From Mobula hypostoma (taxonomy: Eukaryota): 64,000 bases of DNA. Location of the stretch: contig NC_086108.1 of assembly GCF_963921235.1 (NCBI RefSeq), positions 99,512,001 to 99,576,000 on the forward strand, given 5' to 3'. The notes beneath the pieces are model-generated. The model was not told the origin of the DNA. It did no database searches and worked only from the letters and a program-made list of their open reading frames with translations. This document shows, piece by piece, positions 1 to 11,383 of this stretch (positions are counted from its first letter, which is position 1; each line of letters starts with the position of its first letter). Both the position numbers and the translations under genes were made by a program.

Positions 1-232
1 TTTATGAAACTAACAGAGGCATGGCACAAATCAACAGAAACCATGGCAATGCAGAAATGCCCAGGGGTCATCCTGCCTCAAAACAAGTCACTGGGTAACT
101 CATTGATCAGTATCAGTACATGCTATTAAAATAGCTAACAACAGGAATTCTGCAGATGCTGGAAATTCAAGCAACACACATCAAAGTTGCTGGTGAACGC
201 AGCAGGCCAGGCAGCATCTGTAGGAAGAGGTG

Positions 233-270
233 CAGTCGACGTTTCAGGCCGAGATCCTTCGTCAGGACTA
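233..270 (-). ncRNA. minimal type-I hammerhead ribozyme motif (PLE terminal repeat)
   Basis: Reverse complement is TAGTC-CTGACGA-AGGATCTCGGCCT-GAAA-CGTC-GACTG: CUGANGA and GAAA core, stem I AGTC/GACT, palindromic ACGT stem III. Confidence 0.75.
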
Positions 271-722
271 ACTGAAGGAAGAGTGAGTAAGGGATTTGAA
301 AGTTGGAGGGGGAGGGGGAGATCCAAAATGATAGAAGAAGACAGGAGGGGGAGGGATAGAGCCAAGAGCCTAAATAAGCATTGTCAACCTTTTTTTCCCT
401 GATGGATAAAGCAATTAGGTGTTATAGCTCGGCCCCACCTCCCCCTCGTACCCCATCTGTTACTTATTTTTATGCACACATTCTTTCTCTCACTCTCCTT
501 TTTCTCCCTCTGTCCCTCTGAATATACCTCTTGCCCATCCTCTGGGTCCCCCCTCCCTTGTCTTTCTTCCCGGACCTCCTGTCCCATGATCCTCTTTTAT
601 CTCTTTTGCCTATCACCTGTCCAGCTCTTGGCTCCATCCCTCCCCCTCCTGTCTTCTCCTATCATTTTGGATCTCCCCCTCCCCCTCCAACTTTCAAATC
701 CTTTACTCACTCTTCCTTCAGT

Positions 723-760
723 TAGTCCTGAGGAAGGGTCTCGGCCTGAAACGTCGACTG
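723..760 (+). ncRNA. minimal type-I hammerhead ribozyme motif
   Basis: TAGTC-CTGAGGA-AGGGTCTCGGCCT-GAAA-CGTC-GACTG. Confidence 0.75.
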
Positions 761-1047
761 CACCTCTTCCTAGAGATGCTGCCTGGCCTGCTGTGTTCAA
801 CAGCAACTTTGATGTGTGTTGTTTATTAAAATAGCTGTTACTTTGCCTGCAGATTCCAGGCCATTAATTCATTCAAACATGGACCACCAGTAAAACAGCT
901 GGACTTTAAAGTTCATTAAGAATTAGCAGATACTAAACCTGAAAATTCAGCCGAGCTATAACACCTAATTGCTTTATCCATCGGGGAGAAAAAGGTTGAC
1001 AATGCTTATTTAGAAGAAGCGCCGCTCACGTAGGTGAACCCTGACAT

Positions 1048-1810
1048 TAAGACCATAAGATATAGGAGCAGAATTAGGCCATTTGGCCCAGTCTGCTCTA
1101 CTATTTCATCATGGCTGATCCATTTTTCCCTCTCAGCCCCAATCTCCTGCCTTCTCCCCATTTCCCTCATGCCTTGACCAATCAAGAAACTATCAACCTC
1201 TGCCTTAAATATACATAAAGCCTTGGCCTCTACAGCCTCCCGTGGCAAAAAAATCCTCAGATTCACCACTCTCTGGCTAAAGAAATTCCTCCTCATCTCC
1301 ATTCTAAAGGGACGCTCCTCTGTTCTGAGTTGTGTCCTCTGGTCCTAGACTCTCCCACCACAGAAAACATCCACTCCACGTTCATACTGTCGATGCCGTT
1401 CAATAGGTTTCAATTAGGTCACTCTCATTCTTCTGAATTCTAGTGAATACAAGCCCAGACATTATTCATATGACAAACCATTCAATCCTGGAATGATTTT
1501 CGTGAACCTCCTTTGAACTCTCTCCAGCACGTCCATTCTATGATAAGGGGGCGCAAAACTGCTCACAATACAACAAGTGAGGCCTCACCAGTGCTTTTTA
1601 AAGCCTCAACATTTCATCCTTGCTCTTATATACTAGTCGTCCTGAAGTGAATGCTATCTTCGCATTTGCCTCCCTCACCACAGACTCAACCAGCAAGTTA
1701 ACCTTTAGGGAATCCTACACAAGGACTCCCAAGTCCCTTTGTACCTCAATTTTTTAAAAATTTTCTCTCCATTTAGAAAACAGTCAACCCTTTTATTTCT
1801 TCTACCAAAT
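1048..1810 (-). mobile_element. CR1 LINE, 5'-truncated 3' fragment
   Basis: Decayed ORF2 C-terminus (EMRRNFFSQRVVNL, IFKAEVDSFL) and TAAGACCATAAGA tail. Confidence 0.85.
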
Positions 1811-2929
1811 AGTTAAAAAAATCTCAGTTGTATTCAGGACACCAAAGAGGAAAGAAAAGATAGCAGAGGCAGAGATACAGCTCACAATCGGCACTTCTTG
1901 TTACTGCATGCGTAGCGGGTTTCTACTTCTGAAAATTATCCATTACAATTGTATCAATATTTTTATATTTTGAGAGACAGGATGTGGAGATGCCATCAGA
2001 AAATTAGATTTGGCCCTGACATTAGGGGGTCCGGTCAACAATCCAATTCCATGTTTTTCTATTGAGACGCAAAGATTTGATATAATTTTGGTCAGAGAAC
2101 ATATTAAAATTAAACAATTGAATTTCTAGCTGGTCGCGCAGAGCACTTAGCTTAAAAGTATACACTCCCACATCAAAGCTTTTCAATCATCTTAAATATT
2201 ATTTTGATGTTATGTACTTTAAGTATAGAAACTACTTGAAGTGTATTGAACATCTGACTGACTCATAGGTGGTGTATAAAGGTATTATATTTATATTTTA
2301 GCTATATTTGGATTGTGAGTGGCATCTGGCTGACAGGACTCGGGAAGATTTATGATACGAATTGAATCCCACAGCAGTGGTGAACTAGATTGTTTGTATT
2401 TATCAAGATGTATTAGGCTGATCTATTTTTCAAAATTATATACACTGGACAAAAAAAGCAAGGAGTATACTGTCCATAAAAAATAGATGGATAATGGCTT
2501 TAGTGTTTAGCTCATGACTCATTGATGGTAAAGCAAATTATCTTGTTCTAAGGCTCTTATTTGAGAGGCACAGACCAGTTAAAAGTTTTCCATTTACATC
2601 AATATAAATATTTGCTTCTCTGCAGCTAAATGCAAAGTGACTGTGATCCCGGATGCAGAGTACAAAGTCTATCCACTTGAACATAAAACATAGAACAGTA
2701 CAGCATAGTACAGGCCCTTCGGCCCATAATGTTGTGCTGCCTTTTTAGCCTGCTCCCAGATCAATCTAACGTTTTCCTCCTACGTAGCCCTCCATTTTTC
2801 CATAATTTACGTGCCTATCTAACCTGCACGCAATATATTAATGCAGCTATGAAGAAGGCAAGGCAGTGACAGTGTTCCTTCAGGAGCTTGAGGAGATTTC
2901 ATTTGTCAACTAAAACACTCAAAAACTTG

Positions 2930-3794
2930 TTGAGGAAACAGAGAGCCTGCAGAGAGACTTAGATAGTTTAGGGGAAAGGATAAAGAAATATGACAAATGA
3001 AATACGATGTTGGAAAGTGCATGGTCATGCACTTTGGTGGAAGAAATAAATGAGCAGACTATTATTTAGATGAGGAGAGAATTCAAAATGCAAAGGGACT
3101 TGGGAGCCCTTGTGCAAGATACCCTGAAGGTTAACCTGCAGATTGAGTCAGTTGTGAAGAATGTTGGCATTCATTTCTAGAGGTATAAAATATAAGAGCA
3201 GGGATGTGATGATAAGGCACTCATGAGACCGCACTTGGAGTATTGTGTGCAGTTTTGGGCTCCTTATTTTAGAAAGGATATACTGACATTGGAGAGGGTT
3301 CAAAGAAGATTCACAAGGAGGATTCCAGAAATGCAAGGGTTACCGTAAGAGGAACGTCTGGCAATGCTTGGGCTGTATTCCCTGGAGTTCAGGAGAATAA
3401 AGGGGGATCTCATAGAAACATTCCGAATGCTAAAAGGCCTGAACAGATTAGATATGGCAAAGTTATTTCCCATGGTAGGGAATTCTAGGACAAAAGGGCA
3501 TGACTTCAGGATTGAAGGACGTCCTTTTAGAACTGAGATGCGGAGAAATTACCTTAGTCAGAGGGTGGTAAATCTGTGGAATTTGTTGCCCTGAGCAGCT
3601 GCAGAGGCTAAGTCATTGGGTGTATTTAAGGCAGAGATAGATAGGTTCTTGATTAGCCAGGGCATCAAAGAGTATGGGGTGAAAGCAGGGGAGTGGGGAT
3701 GACTGGATGAAGTGGATCAGCCCATGATTGAATGGCGGAGCAGACTCGATGGGCCAAATGGACCACTTCTACTCCTAAATCTTACGGTCTTATG
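2930..3794 (+). mobile_element. CR1 LINE 3' fragment nested in a Rex1/Babar-like fragment
   Basis: LGLYSLEFRRIKGDLIETFRMLKG...RTKGH...EMRRNYLSQRVVNLWN; ends TCTTACGGTCTTA. Confidence 0.85.
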
Positions 3795-4219
3795 AAAACT
3801 TCTACTATGGAGAGCATTCTGACTGGGTTGGGGGAGGGGTGGCGGGGGGCTACTGCATAAGGTTGAAGAAAGTTGCAGAGACTTGCAAAATTACACTATG
3901 GGTACTAGCCTCCATAGTATCCAAGACATCTTCAAGGAGCGGTGTCTCGGAAAGATGGTGTCCCTCATTAAGAATCACCACCACCACCCTGGACCAGCCC
4001 TCTTCTCATCTTCCACTCTGCCATCCAATTTCTAAATGAACACTACCTCATTTTTTATTTCTTTTTTTTGCACTATTTATTTTAAATTAACTCTCTGTAT
4101 AAAAAACGTACCTCTGACATCCCACCTCCTACACCTTCCTCCAATCACCTTACGATTATGCCCCTTGTATTAACCTGGGGAAAAGGCTGTCCATTTGATC
4201 TATGCTTATTATCATCTTG

Positions 4220-4428
4220 AGCAACACAAACAAATGCTAGAGGAACTCAGCATCTGTGGAAATTAATATATAGTCAATATCTTGTCCCGAGAACCTTCTT
4301 CAGGTCTGGGCCTGAAACAGCGACTATCTATTCATTTCAATAGGTGCTGCCTGAGCGGCTGAGTTCTTCCAGCATTTTGTGTGTGTTGCTTTGGACTTCC
4401 AGCCTCTGCAGAATATCTTGCGTTTTTG
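4220..4428. mobile_element. old mini fold-back PLE terminus inserted in a minus-strand CR1
   Basis: Inverted GCAACACA..AAATGCT / AGCATTTTGTGTGTGTTGC arms. 14-bp TSD TTATT(A/G)TCATCTTG at 4206-4219 and 4429-4442. Confidence 0.7.
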
Positions 4429-5185
4429 TTATTGTCATCTTGTACACCTCTATCAAATCACATCGCATCCTCCTTTGCTCCAAAATGTAAAGTCCTAGCT
4501 TGCTCAATGTATTCTCATAATCCATGTTCTCTAGTCCATCAGCATCCTGGTAATTCTTGTCTGCACTCTGTCTTGCTTGTATAATTAATTACATGTAACT
4601 CTCTCTAAGTTGCTAATAGGTTGTAAGTATTCCCTCCCCTCCCCACTTCATGTGCACAGTTTTGATTAATTTTTAGGTCCCATTGCTGCTCCTCTTCCTA
4701 CCTCTTCATGCAAGTGTCCACTGCTCAGATGCTGATGTTCAACGCTTCCAGACATGGCCCATGCACTAACCCCTATAATCACCACTTCTCTTTTAAATTA
4801 TTAGTTCTGTTTCAAACCTCTCCAGTCTTTCATCCTTCCCTTTGCAAATTCCTCTTGCCCTGCAGCACTCCAATTCCTGTGGGCTCCTCTAGTTCTAGTC
4901 TGCCGTGGATTTTCATTGCTCCAGTATCAGTCAAGAAGCTCTGTGACGAGCTCTGGAGCAAATTTTCTCTTCCATCTCTCTCCTACTTTGGCATTTGTGA
5001 CAGTCTATCACTCTTGTGAAATACATTGCGACCTGACCATCGTAACAGCACAATATAAATGTACATGCTTGTTCGTGGCCATTACTCAGTACTGATTCAT
5101 CTCCACCTCACACTGCAGCAGTGTTAAACACAGAGCAGAACTAGCAGGATAACAACCAGTGACAGACTCACAGATCTGAGTCTGT

Positions 5186-5462
5186 GGGGTTGCACGGTAG
5201 CGTAGTGGTTAACACAAGGCTTCATAGTACAGTCAACTCAGGTTCAATTCCCATCACTGTCTGTAAGGATGTTCTCCCATTGACTGTGCTGGTTTCCTCT
5301 GGGTGCTCCAGTTTCTTCCCATAGTCCAAAGATGTACTGGTTGGCAGGTTAATTAGTCAGTGTACACTGTCCTGTGATTAGACAAAGATTAAATCGGGGG
5401 ATTTCTGGGCAGCATGGCTTGAAGGCCTGGAAAGGCCTATTCCATGCTGTATCTCAATAAGT
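5186..5462 (+). mobile_element. tRNA-derived V-SINE-like element
   Basis: A-box-like GGTAGCGTAGTGG, B-box-like GGTTCAATTCC, central GGTTTCCTCTGGGTGCTCCAGTTTC...TCCAAAGA domain. Confidence 0.7.
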
Positions 5463-6333
5463 AATTGTATTCACTCACCACGCACCCACCCCATTCACAA
5501 GATTCCCAGGTTAAATGAACAAAAATTCAATGAACTGCTTGAATAAAAAGAGAAACAGATTGATTTCCCCATGTAAGTTTACAGAGATGACATAATATTT
5601 ACCTAGATCCTCTTCAAAAGTTGTATTCAGTTTCCCTTCATAGATAGAGAGGAATTACTCCCATTGGCAAATATGACAAAATTATTAATGTCATGTCATG
5701 TAGTTCTCATGGTTTTAAATGTGTCCACATGCAAGTAAAGAGTCTTTGGTAATAGGTTTATCATTGTCACTTGTACCGAGATACAGCGGGAAATGAAATG
5801 ATGCCCATGCAGATCACTCCATAACAAATATATCAAGGTAGTACAAAGTGGAAAGAAACATAACTTTGACTTGAAATGTTAACTGTTCCTCTTTCCACAG
5901 ATGCTGCTTAACTTGATGAGTGATTTAAAAGTTTTCTGATTTTATTTCCAGCATCTGCAGATTATTTTGTTTGATTTTCAGAATATTGCTGATCTTGGAA
6001 ATCTGGAATAAAAAAGAGAATACACAAGTGTTCCCCAAGGATTGGGACAACGGCTGCTGCTTCCCTTAATGCATATTAATGGATGCACAGGCCACTGATT
6101 TGTGGACAACTGTAAAGTTGAAGGCATGTAAATTGCAATATCCTTCAAGATCATATAGACAGCCTGGCGGTATCAACAGACACATGGCAGATTAATTTTA
6201 ATGTTGAATTGAAACTAAAGTTTTTCATTTTGGTAGGAACAGCAAGCAGAAGCAATGTAAACCAGAGGGCATGATTCTAAATATGATACAGGACTACACC
6301 GATCTTGGGTAAAATGGTCATAGTTTAAAATAA

Positions 6334-6434
6334 CGGCAACACACATCAAAGTTGCTGGTGAACGCAGCAGGCCAAGCAGCATCTGTAGGAAGAGGTGCAG
6401 TCGACGTTTCAGGCTGCGACCCTTTGTCAGAACT
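6334..6434 (-). mobile_element. PLE 3'-terminal fragment with degenerate hammerhead
   Basis: Near-identical to about 170-270; ribozyme core mutated to CTGACAA. Confidence 0.75.
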
Positions 6435-8978
6435 CTATATAATAAATTTATTATCGAAGTACATTTTCTTACAGGCATTCATGGAAGAACAAAGAAATAC
6501 TATAGAATCAATTAAAAACTACGCACATACAAAGGCTGACAAACAACCAACGTGCAAGAGAAGACAGATAGTGAAAATACAAAAGAAGTACTATTAATAA
6601 TAAAAAAAGTTGTGGAATCAGTTCAGAGTTGAGATGAGTGAGGTTATCTACTCTGGTTCAAGAGCATGATGGTTGAGGGGTAATAACTGTTCCTGAACCT
6701 GGTGGTGTGGGACCTAAAGCTCCTGTGCCTTTTCCTGATGGCAGCAGCTAGAGAAGAAGGTCATAGGTCAAGTTGAGAAGATAGTTGCCAAACAAAGTAT
6801 TTAGGATGTTGGGCGTTATAAATAGAAGCGTCGAGTTACAGAGGCAAGAGAGTCTCAGAGTAGTTACATGCAATAATTAGTAGCTTCCTCTTTCTAGGAT
6901 TCCCTTCAAGAATCCATCTTTTCGCAAATTTTCCATTAATTGTTAATTGAGAATAGTCTACTGAATGACACTTTTCCACAGTACATTCCTGTTTCAAATC
7001 ACTTAATTTGTGGTTTATGACCTCAACTTGCAAACCTCATGAAACTGTCATCAAATCTGAGCAGAGGAGAAATATTTTGGAGGAATCCCATGGCTCGTTC
7101 TTGGATGCAACATTTCAGATTCTGAAACCACATCTTTATATTACAAGGGCCATAAATGCATTTAAAAATACCATTGCAAGGTCTTAATAGAGGCAGCATT
7201 AGGAAATTAGATCCTTAATCTTGTCCGATATGATTATTACTCCTCTGCCTCATTAGTTTTTTCAGCTGATCCCCAAATCTTCTAAAACCTTTCATCTTCA
7301 AAAAAAAACACAATCTCAATTTTGAATTTATTCAATAAATAAAGATTAAATATTAGCTTTATTTGTCACACGTACATTGAAATACACAGTGAAATACTGC
7401 ATTGCTTCAATGACCAATACGTCGGAGGATGTGCTTGGGGGCAGACCATAAGTATCGTCATGTTTCTAGCACCAGCGTAACATTCCCACAACTTATTAAC
7501 CTTAACCTGTCTGCCTTTTGGAACAGTACCTGGAGGAAACCCACGTCGTCATGGGGAGAATGTACAAACTCCTTACAGATGGTGGCAGGAATTGAACCCT
7601 TACACAATCAAATTCCTCTGAGGTAGAGTTTCAAAAGTTTTCCAGTATGAAAAGAAACTCTCCTGAAACAGGCTCTTTCACCCCCTGGGTCAATCTCTTG
7701 TCCATTCATACCAATCTCATTTACCTGGACTCGATCTAACAGCTGCCCCCACAGAAGTATTTTTTCTCAGATCCCCTCATTCTCCTACTTTTTACCTTAA
7801 ACATGAGGCCTCTGGTTTTAGATATCTGCCAAAATGCAAGGTGACGCACATGCAAATACATATTGGTAACACAGTGAGATGTCCCAAATACATTTTCATT
7901 GCCACTAGAAGAGCCGGGGTGTGTCACATGTCATCTCGAGCACCAGCTGCATTATTACCGTTGAAGTTCTTCCAATGTTGGTTAAACAGAGGCCAAATCA
8001 TATGCTAAGACCGAAGTATTAATATTCATTTGCATCTTGTAGCAATGAGCAGCCCCACTTTATAATTGGCAAAACATCCCAAATGCAGCCTAAATAGAAT
8101 AGAGAATGCTGAAAAGAACTAGCCACTCAAACTACATCTGTAGGGAGAGGAAAGGAGTTAATGGGCCAGATTATCCTAATGAAATGCATCAAATGATGTG
8201 ATTGGTCACATGACCACTAATTTGAACACACCATTCATGCTATCATCCGGTTGTTGTTGTATGAATACTATTGGTTCAAGAAACGTGAGAGATAAATCAT
8301 ATTTAATACAAGGAATAGGATGAGTGCTTCAAATTCCTGGGTGGGAACATCACTTGTTCTGGTCCAACAAAATAGATATTACATTGACATCTCTCCTTCC
8401 TCTACAGGCTAAAGAAATTTGGCATATTCCTGTCAACCTGACCCACTTTTTATCGATACGCCATAGAAAACACTTTATCTGGACGCATCATGGTTTGGTA
8501 TGGCAATTGCTCTGCACAAGACTGCAAGGAGCTGCAGATAGTCCTGTGCACACAGCTAAACACAGAAATCAGCCTCACCTCCATTTGCTTAGTTTTTACT
8601 TCTCACTGCCTCTGTAAAGAAGCCAAAATAATTGGAAGATCCCATCCACCCTCAACATTCTTTCTTCTCCTCTCTCCTATTTGGTAGAAGGTACAAAAGC
8701 CTGAAAGCACATACCACCACGATCAACCCCACTGCTAACTGGTTCCCTAGTACAATAGGTTGGACTCTTGTCATTACAATCTATCTCTTATGAGCTTGCA
8801 CCTTATTGCACTTTCTCTGTAGCTGTTACATCCTACTATGCATTGCTATTGCTCTACCTTGTTCTAGCTCAATGCACAAGACAAGCTTTTCACTGTATCT
8901 CAGCACGTGTGACAATAATAAACCAATTTCAAAGTAAGGGAACCCAATGGTAAACCTGCGATAGGTTACACAAAAGAT

Positions 8979-9053
8979 CTGGGGGTTCCCAACCTTTTTT
9001 GTGCCATATACTGTTAACAGAAGGGTCTGAGAACCCCACGTTGGGGACCCCTG
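8979..9053. mobile_element. hAT-type MITE
   Basis: Terminal inverted repeats GGGGTTCCCAAC / GTTGGGGACCCCTG; same family as 14609-14688. Confidence 0.6.
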
Positions 9054-9659
9054 CAATAGAGTTTAGTTACTGAAGGAAGTAAAGAGGAACAACTTGGGCA
9101 GAAGAGTCTGAAATTACTAGAAGAAAGGATAAAAAGTGTTTTACATCCAGAACTACTTTAACTTCAGCATCCAGTAAAGTCAAAGTAAATTTATTATCAA
9201 AGTACGTATATGTTACCAGATACTACCTTGAGGTCATTTTCCTGCAGCATTTTCAGGAAAATAAAGAAATATAATAGAATTTATGAAAAACTATATATAA
9301 ACAAAGACTGACAAACAACTAATGTGCAAAAGAAGACAAATTGTACAAAACAAAATAAATAATACTGAGAACACAAGTTGTAGAATGCTTGAAAGTTAGT
9401 TTGTAGGTTGTGGAATCAATTCAAAGTTGAGATGAGTGAAGTTATCCATGCTGGTTCAGGAGCCTGATGGTTGAATAGTAATGAATGTTCCTAATTCTGA
9501 TGGTTTGGAATCTAAGGCTCCTGTACTTCCTTCCTGATGGTAATAGCGAGAAGTGAGCATGCAAACAACAGGAATTCTGCAGATGCTGGAAATTCAAGCA
9601 ACATACATCAAAGTTGCTGGTGAACGCAGCAGGCCAAGCAGCATCTATAGGAAGAGGCG

Positions 9660-9697
9660 CAGTCGACGTTTCAGGCCGAGACCCTTCGTCAGGACTA
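9660..9697 (-). ncRNA. minimal type-I hammerhead ribozyme motif
   Basis: Reverse complement is TAGTC-CTGACGA-AGGGTCTCGGCCT-GAAA-CGTC-GACTG. Confidence 0.78.
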
Positions 9698-9989
9698 ACT
9701 GAAGGAAGAGTGAGTAAGGGATTTGAAAGCTGGAGGGGGAGGGGGAGATGCAAAATGATAGGAGAAGACAGGAGGGGGAGGGATAGAGCCGAGAGCTGGA
9801 CAGGTGATAGGCAAAAGGGGATACGAGAGGATCATGGGACAGGAGGTCCGGGAAGAAAGACAAGGGGGGGGTGACCCAGAGGATGGGCAAGAGGTATATT
9901 CAGAGGGACAGAGGGAGAAAAAGGAGAGTGAGAGAAAGAATGTGTGCATAAAAATGAGTAACAGATGGGGTACGAGGGGGAGGTGGGGC

Positions 9990-10525
9990 CTAGCGGAAGT
10001 TAGAGAAGTCGATGTTCATGCCATCAGGTTGGAGGCTACCCAGACGGAATATAAGGTGTTGTTCCTCCAACCTGAGTGTGGTTTCATCTTTACAGTAGAG
10101 GAGGCCGTGGATAGACATGTCAGAATGGGAATGGGATGTGGAATTAAAATGTGTGGCCACTGGGAGATCCTGCTTTCTCTGGCGGACAGAGCGTAGATGT
10201 TCAGCAAAGCGGTCTCCCAGTCTGCGTCGGGTCTCACCAATATATAAAAGGCCACATCGGGAGCACCGGACGCAGTATATCACCCCAGTCGGCTCACAGG
10301 TGAAGTGATGCCTCACCTGGAAGGGCTGTTTGGGGCCCTGAATGATGGTAAGGGAGGAAGTGTAAGGGCATGTGTAACACTTGTTCCGCTTACACGGATA
10401 AGTGCCAGGAGGGAGATCAGTGGGGAGGGATGGGGGGGACGAATGGACAAGGGAGTTGTGTAGGGAGCGATCCCTGCGGAATGCAGAGAGAGGGGGGGAG
10501 GGAAAGATGTGCTTAGTGGTGGGAT
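9990..10525 (-). pseudogene. PLE ORF C-terminus (linker plus GIY-YIG endonuclease), 5'-truncated with no RT
   Basis: VIYCVRCSRCGLLYIGETRRRLGDRFAEH...PVATHF...RLEEQHLIFRLGSLQPDGMN. Confidence 0.88.
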
Positions 10526-10528
10526 CCC

Positions 10529-11053
10529 AAGCACATCTTTCCCTCCCCCCCTCTCTCTGCATTCCGCAGGGATCGCTCCCTACACAACTCCCTTGTCCAT
10601 TCGTCCCCCCCATCCCTCCCCACTGATCTCCCTCCTGGCACTTATCCGTGTAAGCGGAACAAGTGCTACACATGCCCTTACACTTCCTCCCTTACCATCA
10701 TTCAGGGCCCCAAACAGCCCTTCCAGGTGAGGCATCACTTCACCTGTGAGTCGACTGGGGTGATATACTGTGTCCGGTGCTCCCGATGTGGCCTTTTATA
10801 TATTGGTGAGACCCGACGCAGACTGGGAGACCGCTTTGCTGAACATCTACGCTCTGTCCGCCAGAGAAAGCAGGATCTCCCAGTGGCCACACATTTTAAT
10901 TCCACATCCCATTCCCATTCTGACATGTCTATCCACGGCCTCCTCTACTGTAAAGTTGAAGCCACACTCAGGTTGGAGGAACAACACCTTGTATTCCGTC
11001 TGGGTAGCCTCCAACCTGATGGCATGAACATCGACTTCTCTAACTTCCGCTAG
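10529..11053 (+). pseudogene. PLE ORF C-terminus (GIY-YIG endonuclease), mirror copy
   Basis: ORF 10727..11053 has the same VIY...YIG...R...EH...E...N motifs. Confidence 0.88.
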
Positions 11054-11345
11054 GCCCCACCTCCCCCTCGTACCCCATCTGTTACTCATTTTTATGCACA
11101 CATTCTTTCTCTCACTCTGCTTTTTCTCCCTCTGTCCCTCTGAATATACCTCTTGCCCATCCTCTGGGTCACCCCCCCCCCGTCTTTCTCCCTAGGCCTC
11201 CTGTCCCATGATCCTCTCGTATCCCCTTTTGCCTATCACCTGTCCAGCTCTCGGCTCTATCCCTCCCCCTCCTGTCTTCTCCTATCATTTTGCATCTCCC
11301 CCTCCCCCTCCAGCTTTCAAATCCCTTACTCACTCTTCCTTCAGT

Positions 11346-11383
11346 TAGTCCTGACGAAGGGTCTCGGCCTGAAACGTCGACTG
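11346..11383 (+). ncRNA. minimal type-I hammerhead ribozyme motif
   Basis: TAGTC-CTGACGA-AGGGTCTCGGCCT-GAAA-CGTC-GACTG. Confidence 0.78.

Larger units (their letters stand above)
137..823. mobile_element. Penelope-like element (PLE) 3'-terminal fold-back insertion: minus-strand arm 137-369, captured spacer 370-433, plus-strand arm about 431-823
   Basis: Both arms match the 3' UTR of the GIY-YIG element at 9563-11395. A 13-bp direct repeat TATTAAAATAGCT at 124-136 and 824-836 acts as TSD. Confidence 0.85.

Noticed and set aside
135..834. Recurring ORFs such as MLVNAAGQAAS.. and ..LPLPLQLSNPLL.. as a small-protein family
   Set aside because: They are incidental frames through the PLE 3' UTR, mostly with non-ATG starts, and recur only because the repeat does.
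9990..10673. 227-aa ORF as an intact endonuclease gene
   Set aside because: Its N-terminus is read through the palindrome centre (antisense of the other arm), and the RT is absent.
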